Positions 1 through 7,528 of a stretch of 34,875 nucleotides of DNA are shown in pieces. This DNA is from a virus (taxonomy: Duplodnaviria; Caudoviricetes): positions 1 through 34,875 of IMG/VR virus record IMGVR_UViG_3300049182_000103, one strand, 5' to 3'. The notes beneath the pieces are model-generated. The model had not been told where the DNA came from. It searched no databases and saw only the letters and a program-made list of their open reading frames with translations. How positions within the stretch are numbered: the stretch's first letter is position 1; each line of letters begins with the position of its first letter. Both the position numbers and the translations under genes were made by a program.

Positions 1-33
1 GTCGAGGCCGTGCTCACCTCGTTCGACGAATGA
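1..33 (+). CDS. 3' end of an upstream ORF (partial, ...VEAVLTSFDE*)
   Basis: Frame 1 is open with typical GC3-rich codons to TGA at 31-33; too short to identify. Confidence 0.35.
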   Translation, partial: VEAVLTSFDE

Positions 34-113
34 AACGCAAGACCGTTCTCGCGCAAGCCGCCGGATTGGCGCTTGCATCCCCCCGCCGTTCCACCACCAC
101 GAAGGAAAGACCC

Positions 114-428
114 ATGTCCCAGCAAGATTTCCAAGAACTAGCACTTCACAACAGCAACATGGCGATGCACGCCCAGAAGGAGGCGGCCAAGTACGTTGGC
201 GTTGCGCAGCAGCTGGCCAACCTCAACGAGCAGCTGAAGGCGGCGGTCACGAAGGCCGAGCAGGACAAGCAGGCGGCGCTCGACGAGGCGGGCGCGCTGC
301 GCAGTGCGGTGGCCGAGCTCGAGGCCGAGGTGGCGACGCTGAAGGCCAGGCTCACGCCGCCGCCGGCGCCGGACGTGTCCCAACCGGTGGAGGCGCTCAT
401 CGTCGGCACCGAAGAGACGGTGGACTGA
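114..428 (+). CDS. Hypothetical coiled-coil protein
   Basis: GAAGGAAAG RBS at 101-109 before ATG 114 (MSQQDFQEL...); heptad-like Ala/Gln/Glu-rich helix. Confidence 0.7.
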   Translation: MSQQDFQELALHNSNMAMHAQKEAAKYVGVAQQLANLNEQLKAAVTKAEQDKQAALDEAGALRSAVAELEAEVATLKARLTPPPAPDVSQPVEALIVGTEETVD

Positions 429-431
429 GCC

Positions 432-590
432 ATGCGCGCGCTGCTGGCCATCCTGGTGTGGCTCTGGCTCGCCGTAGTTTGGGGCGGCTGGTGGTACGCC
501 GTGATGGTGATGGATCGCAGCGCATGGTGGACGCTCCTCGCGCTTGCGTTGAGCTCCATGCATGTGAAGTCCACGCGCTCGGACGAGTGA
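432..590 (+). CDS. Small Trp-rich membrane protein (52 aa; not in the ORF track)
   Basis: MRALLAILVWLWLAVVWGGWWYAVMVMDRSAWWTLLALALSSMHVKSTRSDE*; fills the gap between neighbours exactly, stop overlaps the ninG start (TGATG); two hydrophobic stretches. Confidence 0.65.
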   Translation: MRALLAILVWLWLAVVWGGWWYAVMVMDRSAWWTLLALALSSMHVKSTRSDE

Positions 591-1210
591 TGAAACGCGG
601 CGCGCCCCTCCCGCGCAAGACGCCGATGCGCCGCACCGCGCTGCGCATCGACGACGGCAAGGCACGCGCCACCGTGGCCGTGCCGCGCCCGAAGCGCTGC
701 AAGGCCTGCAAGGGCCTGTTCACCCCGGCCCGGCCGATGCAGCGCGCGTGCAACCACGTCTGCGCGATGGATCTGGCGAAGCAGGCGAGGGAGGCGGAGC
801 AGCGCAAGCTGGACAAGGCGCAGCGCGAGCGGCTGAAGCCGCGATCGAAGTGGATGGCCGAAGCGCAGGCGGCCTTCAATCGGTATTGCCGACTGCGCGA
901 CGCGGCGCTGCCGTGCATCAGCTGCGATCGATTCCACGCGGGGGCTTATGACGCCGGCCACTACTTGTCGACCGGCGCGCGGCCGGAGCTTAGATTCCAC
1001 GAGGCCAATGTGCACAGGCAATGCGTCCCCTGCAATCAACATTTGCACGGCAACCTCGTGCTGTACCGCCTGGGCCTGATCCGGCGAATCGGGCTGGAGG
1101 CGGTCGAGCGCTTGGAAGGGCCGCACGAGCCGCGCAAGTACAGCATCGATGAACTGCGCGAGATCCGCGACACCTACCGGCGCCGGGCGCGCGAGTTGGA
1201 GAAGGCATGA
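590..1210 (+). CDS. ninG: NinG/Rap-family recombination endonuclease
   Basis: CKAC...CNHVC N-terminal Zn motif; LRDAALPCISC...DAGHYLSTGARPELRFHEANVHRQCVPCNQHLHGNL...LIRRIG, the typical lambda NinG signature. Start taken at ATG 590. Confidence 0.9.
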   Translation: MKRGAPLPRKTPMRRTALRIDDGKARATVAVPRPKRCKACKGLFTPARPMQRACNHVCAMDLAKQAREAEQRKLDKAQRERLKPRSKWMAEAQAAFNRYCRLRDAALPCISCDRFHAGAYDAGHYLSTGARPELRFHEANVHRQCVPCNQHLHGNLVLYRLGLIRRIGLEAVERLEGPHEPRKYSIDELREIRDTYRRRARELEKA

Positions 1211-1497
1211 CCGCGGCGCCGACCCCCGCCCGAGCCCTGCGCGACCGTGCCGAGAGCCTGCTCCGGCCCGGCCAGGAGTTCGCCTTCGCCACAGACGCCC
1301 ACTCGCAAGAAGGCGTCGTGCTATTGGCCATCGCGAAGCCTGCGTGGTGCGGCGTGATCGCAATCTCAAAGACCGAGTACGGACTCGACGGCGCCATCGC
1401 GCTGGCGAACCTGCTCGGGTTTCAGCAAGAGGAATCACGGCATGGCCCGCCGCCGATGAGCGCGGGCAAGACCCAACGGAAGAGGGAAACAGCATGA
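1207..1497 (+). CDS. Hypothetical protein
   Basis: ATGA overlaps at both ends; typical codon usage. Confidence 0.65.
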   Translation: MTAAPTPARALRDRAESLLRPGQEFAFATDAHSQEGVVLLAIAKPAWCGVIAISKTEYGLDGAIALANLLGFQQEESRHGPPPMSAGKTQRKRETA

Positions 1498-1820
1498 ACA
1501 GGAACTACTGCACGGGAATCGGAATGGTCGCACCGGAGATCGGGATGCCATTGCGTGTGCCCAGCAAGACCGAATCCGAGATCGAGCGCGAGATGGAACG
1601 GCTCGGCAAGTCAGCCCATGCGCTGCAGGAACTCGTGGGCATGCTCGGCGAACGGCTGAGCCGTGTGTCTCACCCGTACCCGACCAGCGGCGACGCCAAG
1701 CTGGCCGAAGCGGAACCGCCCGTCGGCAGCAGCCTCGGCGGCGAGGTCCGCGAGGTGAGCCGCAACCTGGAGCAAACCGCACGGGCGATCCGTATGCAGT
1801 TGGACGTGCTGGCCATCTGA
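1494..1820 (+). CDS. Hypothetical helical protein (MNRNYCTG...)
   Basis: GAGGG RBS and ATGA overlap at 1494; two amphipathic helices. Confidence 0.65.
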   Translation: MNRNYCTGIGMVAPEIGMPLRVPSKTESEIEREMERLGKSAHALQELVGMLGERLSRVSHPYPTSGDAKLAEAEPPVGSSLGGEVREVSRNLEQTARAIRMQLDVLAI

Positions 1821-1827
1821 ACATCAG

Positions 1828-1923
1828 CCGGTGCGCGGCGCTACGCATGGCACATGCGGTCGCGCACGGACCCCTGGAAGGGGAGAGCGGAACCGTGGGG
1901 CCACGGTGACGAATGTGCCAGGC
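1828..1923 (+). ncRNA. Candidate structured cis-regulatory RNA in the intergenic leader
   Basis: Multiple inverted repeats: GTGCGCG 1831-37/CGCGCAC 1861-67; CGCATG/CATGCG; CCCCT-GGA-AGGGG; ACCGTG-GGGC-CACGGT; competing long helix TGGCACAT 1848-55/ATGTGCCA 1913-20. Confidence 0.4.
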
Positions 1924-1948
1924 CCACCCTCAACCTAGAAGGATCACT

Positions 1949-2233
1949 ATGACCACCATCGTTCCTACCGTAGGCCGCAAGGTCTGGTTCTACAACAGCC
2001 AGGACCAGACCGACCCCATCGACGCCACCGTCATCAAGGTGTGGGCACCGCCCGCGCACGCGAAGCCGGACATGTGCGTGAACCTGCTGGTGGTCGACCC
2101 TGACACCGGCGCGACGCGCTGCGAACATTCGGTGCAGGTCGGCGACGAGAAAACAGCCGGCCGGCACTACCGGTGGATGCCGTATCAGAGGCTGGTCGCA
2201 GCCAAGAGCGAAGACGTTACGATGGTCAGGTGA
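1949..2233 (+). CDS. Conserved phage hypothetical protein (PTVGRKVW...VNL...WMPYQ type)
   Basis: AAGGA RBS before ATG 1949; motif pattern recalled from proteobacterial phage proteins. Confidence 0.75.
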   Translation: MTTIVPTVGRKVWFYNSQDQTDPIDATVIKVWAPPAHAKPDMCVNLLVVDPDTGATRCEHSVQVGDEKTAGRHYRWMPYQRLVAAKSEDVTMVR

Positions 2234-2236
2234 GCC

Positions 2237-2530
2237 ATGACGATGGACACCGACACCCTGGTTCGGATCGCCTACGCCGCGCAAGCGCCGTTGAGCAGCA
2301 ACAGAAAGCCGATCCCTTTCGACATGCGCCCGGCTCATCACCTGGACGAGTTGGCGCGCATCGCATGGGCGGTGGCCAAATTCGTCTCTGCGGAGTGCGC
2401 CAAGGTGTGTGGAGGAGCGACGCCTCCCACCACAGCCGAGAGATTCGCCCTCGCTTCCCACAAGCACACGCCTTGCCGGGCGAAACGCCACCTGCGGGTG
2501 GCGTTTCTTCGTCCGGTTGCTTTGCGCTGA
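2237..2530 (+). CDS. Hypothetical protein (C-terminus runs through a terminator hairpin and promoter)
   Basis: Starts 3 nt after the previous stop; N-terminal two thirds look coding. Confidence 0.5.
   Translation: MTMDTDTLVRIAYAAQAPLSSNRKPIPFDMRPAHHLDELARIAWAVAKFVSAECAKVCGGATPPTTAERFALASHKHTPCRAKRHLRVAFLRPVALR
2482..2510 (+). terminator. Intrinsic terminator-like hairpin
   Basis: GAAACGCCACC-TGCG-GGTGGCGTTTC, perfect 11-bp stem ending in TTTCTTC; lies immediately upstream of promoter copy 1. Confidence 0.6.
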
Positions 2531-2544
2531 ATCCACCCCACACT
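2512..2544 (+). promoter_or_regulatory. Phage promoter family copy 1 (TCCGG-TTGCTT-N16-CACACT)
   Basis: Matches the five-copy motif with an identical 16-nt spacer; predicted start about 2551. Confidence 0.6.
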
Positions 2545-2550
2545 TTCTCT

Positions 2551-2644
2551 CGCCTGCGTTGAGAGACGCAGGTGTCTCCTCCTACTGGTCCAGGTTGCCC
2601 AGTGGGTTGATCGCCCCGGGGCTTCGCGGCTCCGGGGTCGTTTT
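2551..2644 (+). ncRNA. Candidate ~95-nt small RNA or attenuated leader with exposed anti-SD tract
   Basis: Hairpin CGCCTGCGT-TGAGAG-ACGCAGGTG, single-stranded TCTCCTCC, hairpin TACTGG...CCAGTG, terminal hairpin CCCCGGGGC-TTCGCG-GCTCCGGGG followed by TCGTTTT; bracketed by a promoter and a terminator. Confidence 0.55.
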
Positions 2645-2655
2645 AGCGGGGATCC

Positions 2656-2985
2656 ATGAGCATCTGGCGCATTGCGGTCAAGGCACTCCACGAGATTGGC
2701 GACGAAGCCGATACGGCCGCCGTTGCTGACTTCACCCTCAGCGACCCATACAACGGCCTACGCATCGCAAAGGAGTTCGGTCTGGTGGAGCAGACGGCTG
2801 GCGGTCGCGGCGGCAGCAGGCGCCTCGCGAAGTGGCGGATCACCGCCAAGGGCACCGCTCTCTGCGAGGGCCGCCTCGGCGCCTACCAGCTTGAGCACGG
2901 CCGCTGGCGCTTCGCCGCCACGTGGCTCGCCTCCCTGCCTCGCGGCATCCGCATCCCCCAGCAGGAGACCCCATGCGCCGCGTGA
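2656..2985 (+). CDS. Putative winged-helix DNA-binding protein
   Basis: GLVEQ...KWRITAKG resembles the wing of wHTH folds; GGGGA RBS. Confidence 0.55.
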   Translation: MSIWRIAVKALHEIGDEADTAAVADFTLSDPYNGLRIAKEFGLVEQTAGGRGGSRRLAKWRITAKGTALCEGRLGAYQLEHGRWRFAATWLASLPRGIRIPQQETPCAA

Positions 2986-3218
2986 TGGACCCCGACGAGG
3001 TGCGCTGCCGGCCTTCCCCTGGCTGCCCGCTGCAAGAGTCCTGCGCCAGGTTCACCTCCCCCATCCCCACCACCAACGCTAAGATCGGCAACTTCCGCGC
3101 CCAGGTGCAGACAGGCCCGACGGGCAGCGCCTGCAACTACCGCCTCAGCGTGATGGTCGGCCCGGCTGCTCCGCCAGCGCAGCGCGCGACGAAGCCTTGG
3201 CCGAAAGGGCAGGCGTGA
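2973..3218 (+). CDS. Small Cys-rich (probable Zn-binding) phage protein
   Basis: AGGAG RBS before ATG 2973; C-x5-CP-x4-CARF...C pattern. Confidence 0.65.
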   Translation: MRRVMDPDEVRCRPSPGCPLQESCARFTSPIPTTNAKIGNFRAQVQTGPTGSACNYRLSVMVGPAAPPAQRATKPWPKGQA

Positions 3219-3637
3219 CGACCGTCCTCGCCTGCACCAGGGCCGGAATGATGGTTGCCGACAGCAACATCACCGACGCCCACAAGGTGTGGAAGGCTCG
3301 CAAGGTCTGGCGCGTCAACGGCGCGCTCGTCGGGATGTCCGGCAATGCCGAGGAGTTCCTCCCATTCCTGGTCTGGTGCCGCAACGGCATGCAGGAGGAC
3401 CCGCCGAAGCTCAAGACGCTGGACGCCATGATCATGTCGTCGGACGGCCTGCTTTGCTACTCCATGAGCACGCTGCCCATCCGCATCGAGGCAGGTCGCC
3501 ACGCCATCGGCAGCGGCTCCATGGCCGCTCTGGCCGCGTATGAGGCCCTGGGATTCACAGACCCGAAGCGAGCCGTGCAGATCGTCTGCCGGCACGACCT
3601 GAACAGCCGCGCGCCCGTGCGGGTCTACAGGCTGTAG
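3215..3637 (+). CDS. Ntn-hydrolase, HslV/proteasome beta-subunit-like peptidase
   Basis: GTG start at a GTGA overlap gives MTTVLA (N-terminal Thr nucleophile), ADS...K motif, VGMSG, and the AIGSGS..ALAA motif. Confidence 0.8.
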   Translation: MTTVLACTRAGMMVADSNITDAHKVWKARKVWRVNGALVGMSGNAEEFLPFLVWCRNGMQEDPPKLKTLDAMIMSSDGLLCYSMSTLPIRIEAGRHAIGSGSMAALAAYEALGFTDPKRAVQIVCRHDLNSRAPVRVYRL

Positions 3638-3648
3638 CGCGCCCTCTC

Positions 3649-4845
3649 ATGCCGGCGCCTACCTACCTCATCGATGAAAAGCTCAAGGAGTGGGCCACCC
3701 CCCGCCAGGTGGAGGTGATCGACGCCGTCAACAAGCACAAGTCCCTGCGGGCAGCGGCCAAGGCGCTTGGCGTCAACTACACCTCAATCGGCCAGTCCAT
3801 CAGGCTGGCGAAGAAGAAGGCGGCCATCTTCGGGTATTCGCCGGAGCATGACCTGAAACGTCCGGTGGCGCCGGGCCAGCGCCTGCGTGGCGCGAGCCTC
3901 CTCTACAAGGACGGCAAGGCCGAGCCGGTGCTGACGTGGGTCAAGACGGAACGGGATGGCGCGCAAGCCGACGAGATCCTTCGCGAGTTCGTCGAGTACC
4001 TCACCAAGGATGCGAAAGGCCTGTCGCCGGCCGTGGCCGCGCCGGCGCAGGCATACCCGGATCTGCTCGCGGTGTACCCCTGGGGGGATCCCCACTTCGG
4101 CATGTATGCGTGGGCCCGTGAGAGCGGGGACGATTTCGACCTCGAGGTGGCCGAGCGCCTGACCCTCGGCGCCGTCGACCGGCTCGTGGCTGCGGCGCCG
4201 CCGGCGGAAACCGCGGTGCTGCTGCCGCTGGGCGACTTCTTCCACGCCAACGACCAGACGAACCAGACCCCGGCGCACAAGCACCAGCTGGACGTCGATT
4301 CGCGCTACCCGAAGGTGCTCATGGTCGGCGTCAAGGCGGTGCGGCACGCCATCCTGCGCCTGCTCGAGAAGCATCCCAAGGTGATCGCCAGATTCGAGCC
4401 CGGCAACCACGACCCGGAGGCCAAGTGGGCCCTGGCGCTCACTATCGCCGCATATTTCGAGAACGAGCCACGCGTCACCGTCGACCTGACGCCGGGCAAG
4501 TTCTGGTACTACCGCTTCGGCAAGGTGCTCATCGGCTCAACGCATGGCGATACCGCCAAGCATGCCGCGCTGGGCGGCGTGATGGCCGCCGATCGCCCGG
4601 AGGATTGGGGCGCCACGAAGCACCGCTACTGGTACACGGGGCACATCCACAGCAGCACGGTCACCGAGCTCCCCGGCGTGGTGTGCGAATCGTTCCGCAC
4701 GCTGGCCGCGAAGGATGCCTACGCCGCCGGCCACGGCTACCGGGCCGGGCGTGACATGCGTCTGATCGTTCACCATCGCGAGTACGGCGAGATCGAACGA
4801 CACCGGTGCGACGTGGCGATGCTCGAGAACAGCCCCAGCCGATAA
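3649..4845 (+). CDS. N-terminal HTH plus calcineurin-like metallophosphoesterase
   Basis: SLRAAAKALGV HTH; full metal motifs GDPHFG, GDFFH, GNHD, HGD, GHIH. Confidence 0.85.
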   Translation: MPAPTYLIDEKLKEWATPRQVEVIDAVNKHKSLRAAAKALGVNYTSIGQSIRLAKKKAAIFGYSPEHDLKRPVAPGQRLRGASLLYKDGKAEPVLTWVKTERDGAQADEILREFVEYLTKDAKGLSPAVAAPAQAYPDLLAVYPWGDPHFGMYAWARESGDDFDLEVAERLTLGAVDRLVAAAPPAETAVLLPLGDFFHANDQTNQTPAHKHQLDVDSRYPKVLMVGVKAVRHAILRLLEKHPKVIARFEPGNHDPEAKWALALTIAAYFENEPRVTVDLTPGKFWYYRFGKVLIGSTHGDTAKHAALGGVMAADRPEDWGATKHRYWYTGHIHSSTVTELPGVVCESFRTLAAKDAYAAGHGYRAGRDMRLIVHHREYGEIERHRCDVAMLENSPSR

Positions 4846-4861
4846 GCGCCAGATATCAGCC

Positions 4862-5326
4862 ATGACCGATAGCAAGCCGACAAATCCCAAGGACGCGATC
4901 GCGCTGAACAAGCTGCCGCTGCACCTCGTCTCCCCGATCGTCAAGGCCTACCAGGCCATCGCCCATTTCCTCGGCAACGTGAAGTACGGCGCCTGGAACT
5001 ACCGCGGCGCCGGCGTCCGGTATTCGGTCTACAAGTCCGCGCTCGAGCGGCACGTCGATGCATGGTGGGAGGGTGAGGAGAACGACCCGACCGACGGGAC
5101 ACCCCATCTCGCGAACGCGCAGGCCTGCCTGAACATCCTGATCGAGGGCAAGTTCACGCCCAGCACGATCGACGATCGGCCGCCCAGCCGAGCCGAGGCT
5201 CTGGCCAGGATCCGCGCGGAGTTGGAGGCGCTGATGCCGCAGATACGTGAGCGCTACGCCGACAAGGACCCCAAGCACTGGACCATCGCCGACAGCGCGC
5301 AGGAGGGGGAGCGCGAGTCCGGTTGA
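4862..5326 (+). CDS. dATP/dGTP diphosphohydrolase-domain protein (DUF5664-like)
   Basis: NPKD...KLPLHLV...G.VKYG.WN.R...ALERH...W..GE..DP..G.PHLANA.AC..IL signature. Confidence 0.85.
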   Translation: MTDSKPTNPKDAIALNKLPLHLVSPIVKAYQAIAHFLGNVKYGAWNYRGAGVRYSVYKSALERHVDAWWEGEENDPTDGTPHLANAQACLNILIEGKFTPSTIDDRPPSRAEALARIRAELEALMPQIRERYADKDPKHWTIADSAQEGERESG

Positions 5327-5350
5327 AATCCTGCCGTTTGCCATTGCAAT
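5318..5350 (+). promoter_or_regulatory. Phage promoter family copy 2 (TCCGG-TTGAAA-N16-TGCAAT), upstream of the terminase module
   Basis: Motif match; predicted +1 falls on the A of ATG 5357. Confidence 0.65.
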
Positions 5351-5356
5351 TGGCGG

Positions 5357-5524
5357 ATGAGCACGCTGACACAGGAATACGTCAATTCCCTCTTCCACTA
5401 CGACAAGGAGAAGGCGCTTCTGACATGGAAGGTCAGAAAGGGCTGCGCCGTGCCGGGGATGGATGCACGCTTCCACGGTCGCCAATTACAAACGTCCACC
5501 CACGATGGCAAAGCAGCGCAGTAG
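5357..5524 (+). pseudogene. Truncated HNH homing-endonuclease remnant (55 aa; not in the ORF track)
   Basis: MSTLTQEYVNSLFHYDKEKALLTWKVRKGCAVPG... resembles the LTQE..KELL.YD.ETG.FTW N-terminus of phage HNH(-AP2) endonucleases; no HNH core follows; locally AT-richer. Confidence 0.65.
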
Positions 5525-6080
5525 CGCGGCCGGCTCCAAGCAGCCCAAGGCCGTCGCAGCGAAGAGAACCGCCAAGCCGGCAGCCCAGCGCCGCGTGGCC
5601 GACGCACTGCCCTCGGCAGGGGCGCCCAAGCGCGCGAAGCCCTCGCCCGCCCAGGACAAGCTCGACGCCGCAGGGGGGGCAGCAATCGCCCAGCTCATCA
5701 TCGAAGGCCAGACGTACCGGCAGATCGCAGAGAAGTACGGCGTCGGCCTCGGAAGCCTGGCCGAGTGGATCGAGGCCGACCCCGAACGCTCTCATGCGTG
5801 CGCGCGTGCGCGCGAAATGGCGGCGCAGACCTTCGACGAGATGGCCGAGCAGCGCATCGACGAGGCGGCAGACCCGTTCGCCCTGGCCAAGGCCAAGGAA
5901 CTGGCGGTGCACTTCAGGTGGCGCGCGAAGGCGGCGAACCCGAAGCGCTACGGGGACAAGGTGCAACTGGACGCCAAGGTCGACACCAAGTCCATCAGCG
6001 ACGACGAACTGCTGAAGCAGCTTGCCAAGTTCGGGATCCAGGCCAGCGTCAAGCCGGTTGCGGAGGGCGAGGGTGCTTGA
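5505..6080 (+). CDS. terS: Terminase small subunit (Sf6 gp1-like)
   Basis: HTH (EGQTYRQIAEKYGV...LAEW), ARARE helix and RW.A.A.NPKRYGDK motif; directly upstream of terL. Start uncertain (5463 or 5505). Confidence 0.85.
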   Translation: MAKQRSSAAGSKQPKAVAAKRTAKPAAQRRVADALPSAGAPKRAKPSPAQDKLDAAGGAAIAQLIIEGQTYRQIAEKYGVGLGSLAEWIEADPERSHACARAREMAAQTFDEMAEQRIDEAADPFALAKAKELAVHFRWRAKAANPKRYGDKVQLDAKVDTKSISDDELLKQLAKFGIQASVKPVAEGEGA

Positions 6081-7515
6081 CCTCGCCGCGCTCGAGCCGG
6101 CGCAGAAGCAGCACCTCGCCTCGCTGCTGGCCGAGGTGGACCGCCGCCGGCGCACGCGCGTGATCGAGACGATGTTCCCGGACACCGGGAAGTACGCGCG
6201 CTTCCGCTACCCGAAGCACCTGGAGTTCTTCAGGCTCGGCGCCACCCACAACGAGCGGGTGTTCATGGCCGGCAACCGGGTCGGCAAGACCGTGGCCGCC
6301 GGGACCGAGACGACCTACCACCTGACTGGCAAGTATCCGAACTGGTGGGATGGCCGGCGCTTCGACCGCCCGGTGCGCGCGCTGGCCAGCGGCGACACGC
6401 ATGAGACGACGCGCGACATCCTCCAGCTGAAGATGGTGGGCGCAACCACCGACAAGCCGGAGAACATCGGAACCGGGTTGATCCCGGGCGACGACATCAC
6501 CGGCATCGTGCCGCGGCCGCATGTCAAGGGCGCGATCGAGAAGGTCACGGTGCGCCACGTCAGCGGCGGCGAGTCGGAACTGTGGCTGCGCTCCTACGAG
6601 CAGGGCCGCGAGATCTTCCAGGGCTTCGAGCTCGACATCTTCTGGCCGGACGAAGAGTGCCCGGAGGACGTGTATGAAGAGGGCCAGGTGCGCCTGATGA
6701 CGCGCAACGGCATCTCGATGCTCACGTTCACGCCGCTCAACGGCCTGACGAAGCTGGTGCAGCAACTGACCGCGAAGACGGACGATCCGGTCGTCATGGC
6801 CAGCCGATCCGTGGTGCAGTGCGGCTGGGATCACGTCCCGCACCTTGACGAAGACGCCAAGGCCCGGCTGCTGGCCAAGCTGATGCCGCACCAGCGCGAC
6901 GCGCGCACGAAGGGCGTGCCATCGCTCGGCGCCGGCGCGATCTACCCGGTGCCGGAGACGGACATCGTGGTGGATGACTTCGCGCTGCCGGCCTATTGGC
7001 CTCGGGCCTATGGCATGGACGTCGGCTGGAACCGCACGGCCGCCATCTGGGGCGCGCACGACCGGGAGGCGGACGTCGTCTACCTCTACAGCGAGCACTA
7101 CCGCAGCCAAGCCGAGCCGAGCATCCACGCAGACGCCATCAAGGCCCGCGGCGTCTGGATTCCTGGCGCGATCGATCCGGCGGCGCGCGGCCGCCAGCAG
7201 AAGGACGGCGAGCAGCTGCTGCAGAACTACCAAGACCTCGGGCTTGACCTCACCGCCGCGGACAACGCCCGCGAGGCCGGAATCTACAACGTCTGGCAGC
7301 GCCTGAGCACGGGCCGCATGAAGGTCTTCAAGTCGCTGCAGAACTGGCTCAACGAGTACCGCATCTACCGGCGCGACGACAAGGGGCAGGTGGTCAAGGA
7401 GAACGACCACGCCATGGATGCGACGCGCTACCTCGAGATGTCCGGCATCGCCATTGCGCGCGTGCCGCCACGAGTCGAAAAGCCAGCCCGGCGCGGCAAC
7501 TGGCGGACCGTGTAA
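6073..7515 (+). CDS. terL: Terminase large subunit (P22-like)
   Basis: Walker A MAGNRVGKT, Walker B IFWPDEE, TFTP coupling motif, nuclease GMDVGW...NDHAMDATRY; GTG 6073 follows GGAGG/GAGG. Confidence 0.95.
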   Translation: MLDLAALEPAQKQHLASLLAEVDRRRRTRVIETMFPDTGKYARFRYPKHLEFFRLGATHNERVFMAGNRVGKTVAAGTETTYHLTGKYPNWWDGRRFDRPVRALASGDTHETTRDILQLKMVGATTDKPENIGTGLIPGDDITGIVPRPHVKGAIEKVTVRHVSGGESELWLRSYEQGREIFQGFELDIFWPDEECPEDVYEEGQVRLMTRNGISMLTFTPLNGLTKLVQQLTAKTDDPVVMASRSVVQCGWDHVPHLDEDAKARLLAKLMPHQRDARTKGVPSLGAGAIYPVPETDIVVDDFALPAYWPRAYGMDVGWNRTAAIWGAHDREADVVYLYSEHYRSQAEPSIHADAIKARGVWIPGAIDPAARGRQQKDGEQLLQNYQDLGLDLTAADNAREAGIYNVWQRLSTGRMKVFKSLQNWLNEYRIYRRDDKGQVVKENDHAMDATRYLEMSGIAIARVPPRVEKPARRGNWRTV

Positions 7516-7528
7516 ACGAAAGGACTGC

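Noticed and set aside
30-113. Upstream extensions of ORF-track starts (e.g. 30, 458, 1149, 6022, 13001, 15255, 25468, 28164, 30177)
   Set aside because: Better starts with an RBS or stop/start overlap lie downstream; most of the extensions overlap real upstream genes in other frames.
1852-1920. tRNA-like element ending in CCA
   Set aside because: No T-loop (TTCRA), D-loop or 7-nt anticodon loop; kept only as a generic structured RNA.
4862-5326. Z-base (2-aminoadenine) genome pathway
   Set aside because: Only the diphosphohydrolase is present; no PurZ or dedicated polymerase in the window, and the domain occurs in phages without Z-DNA.
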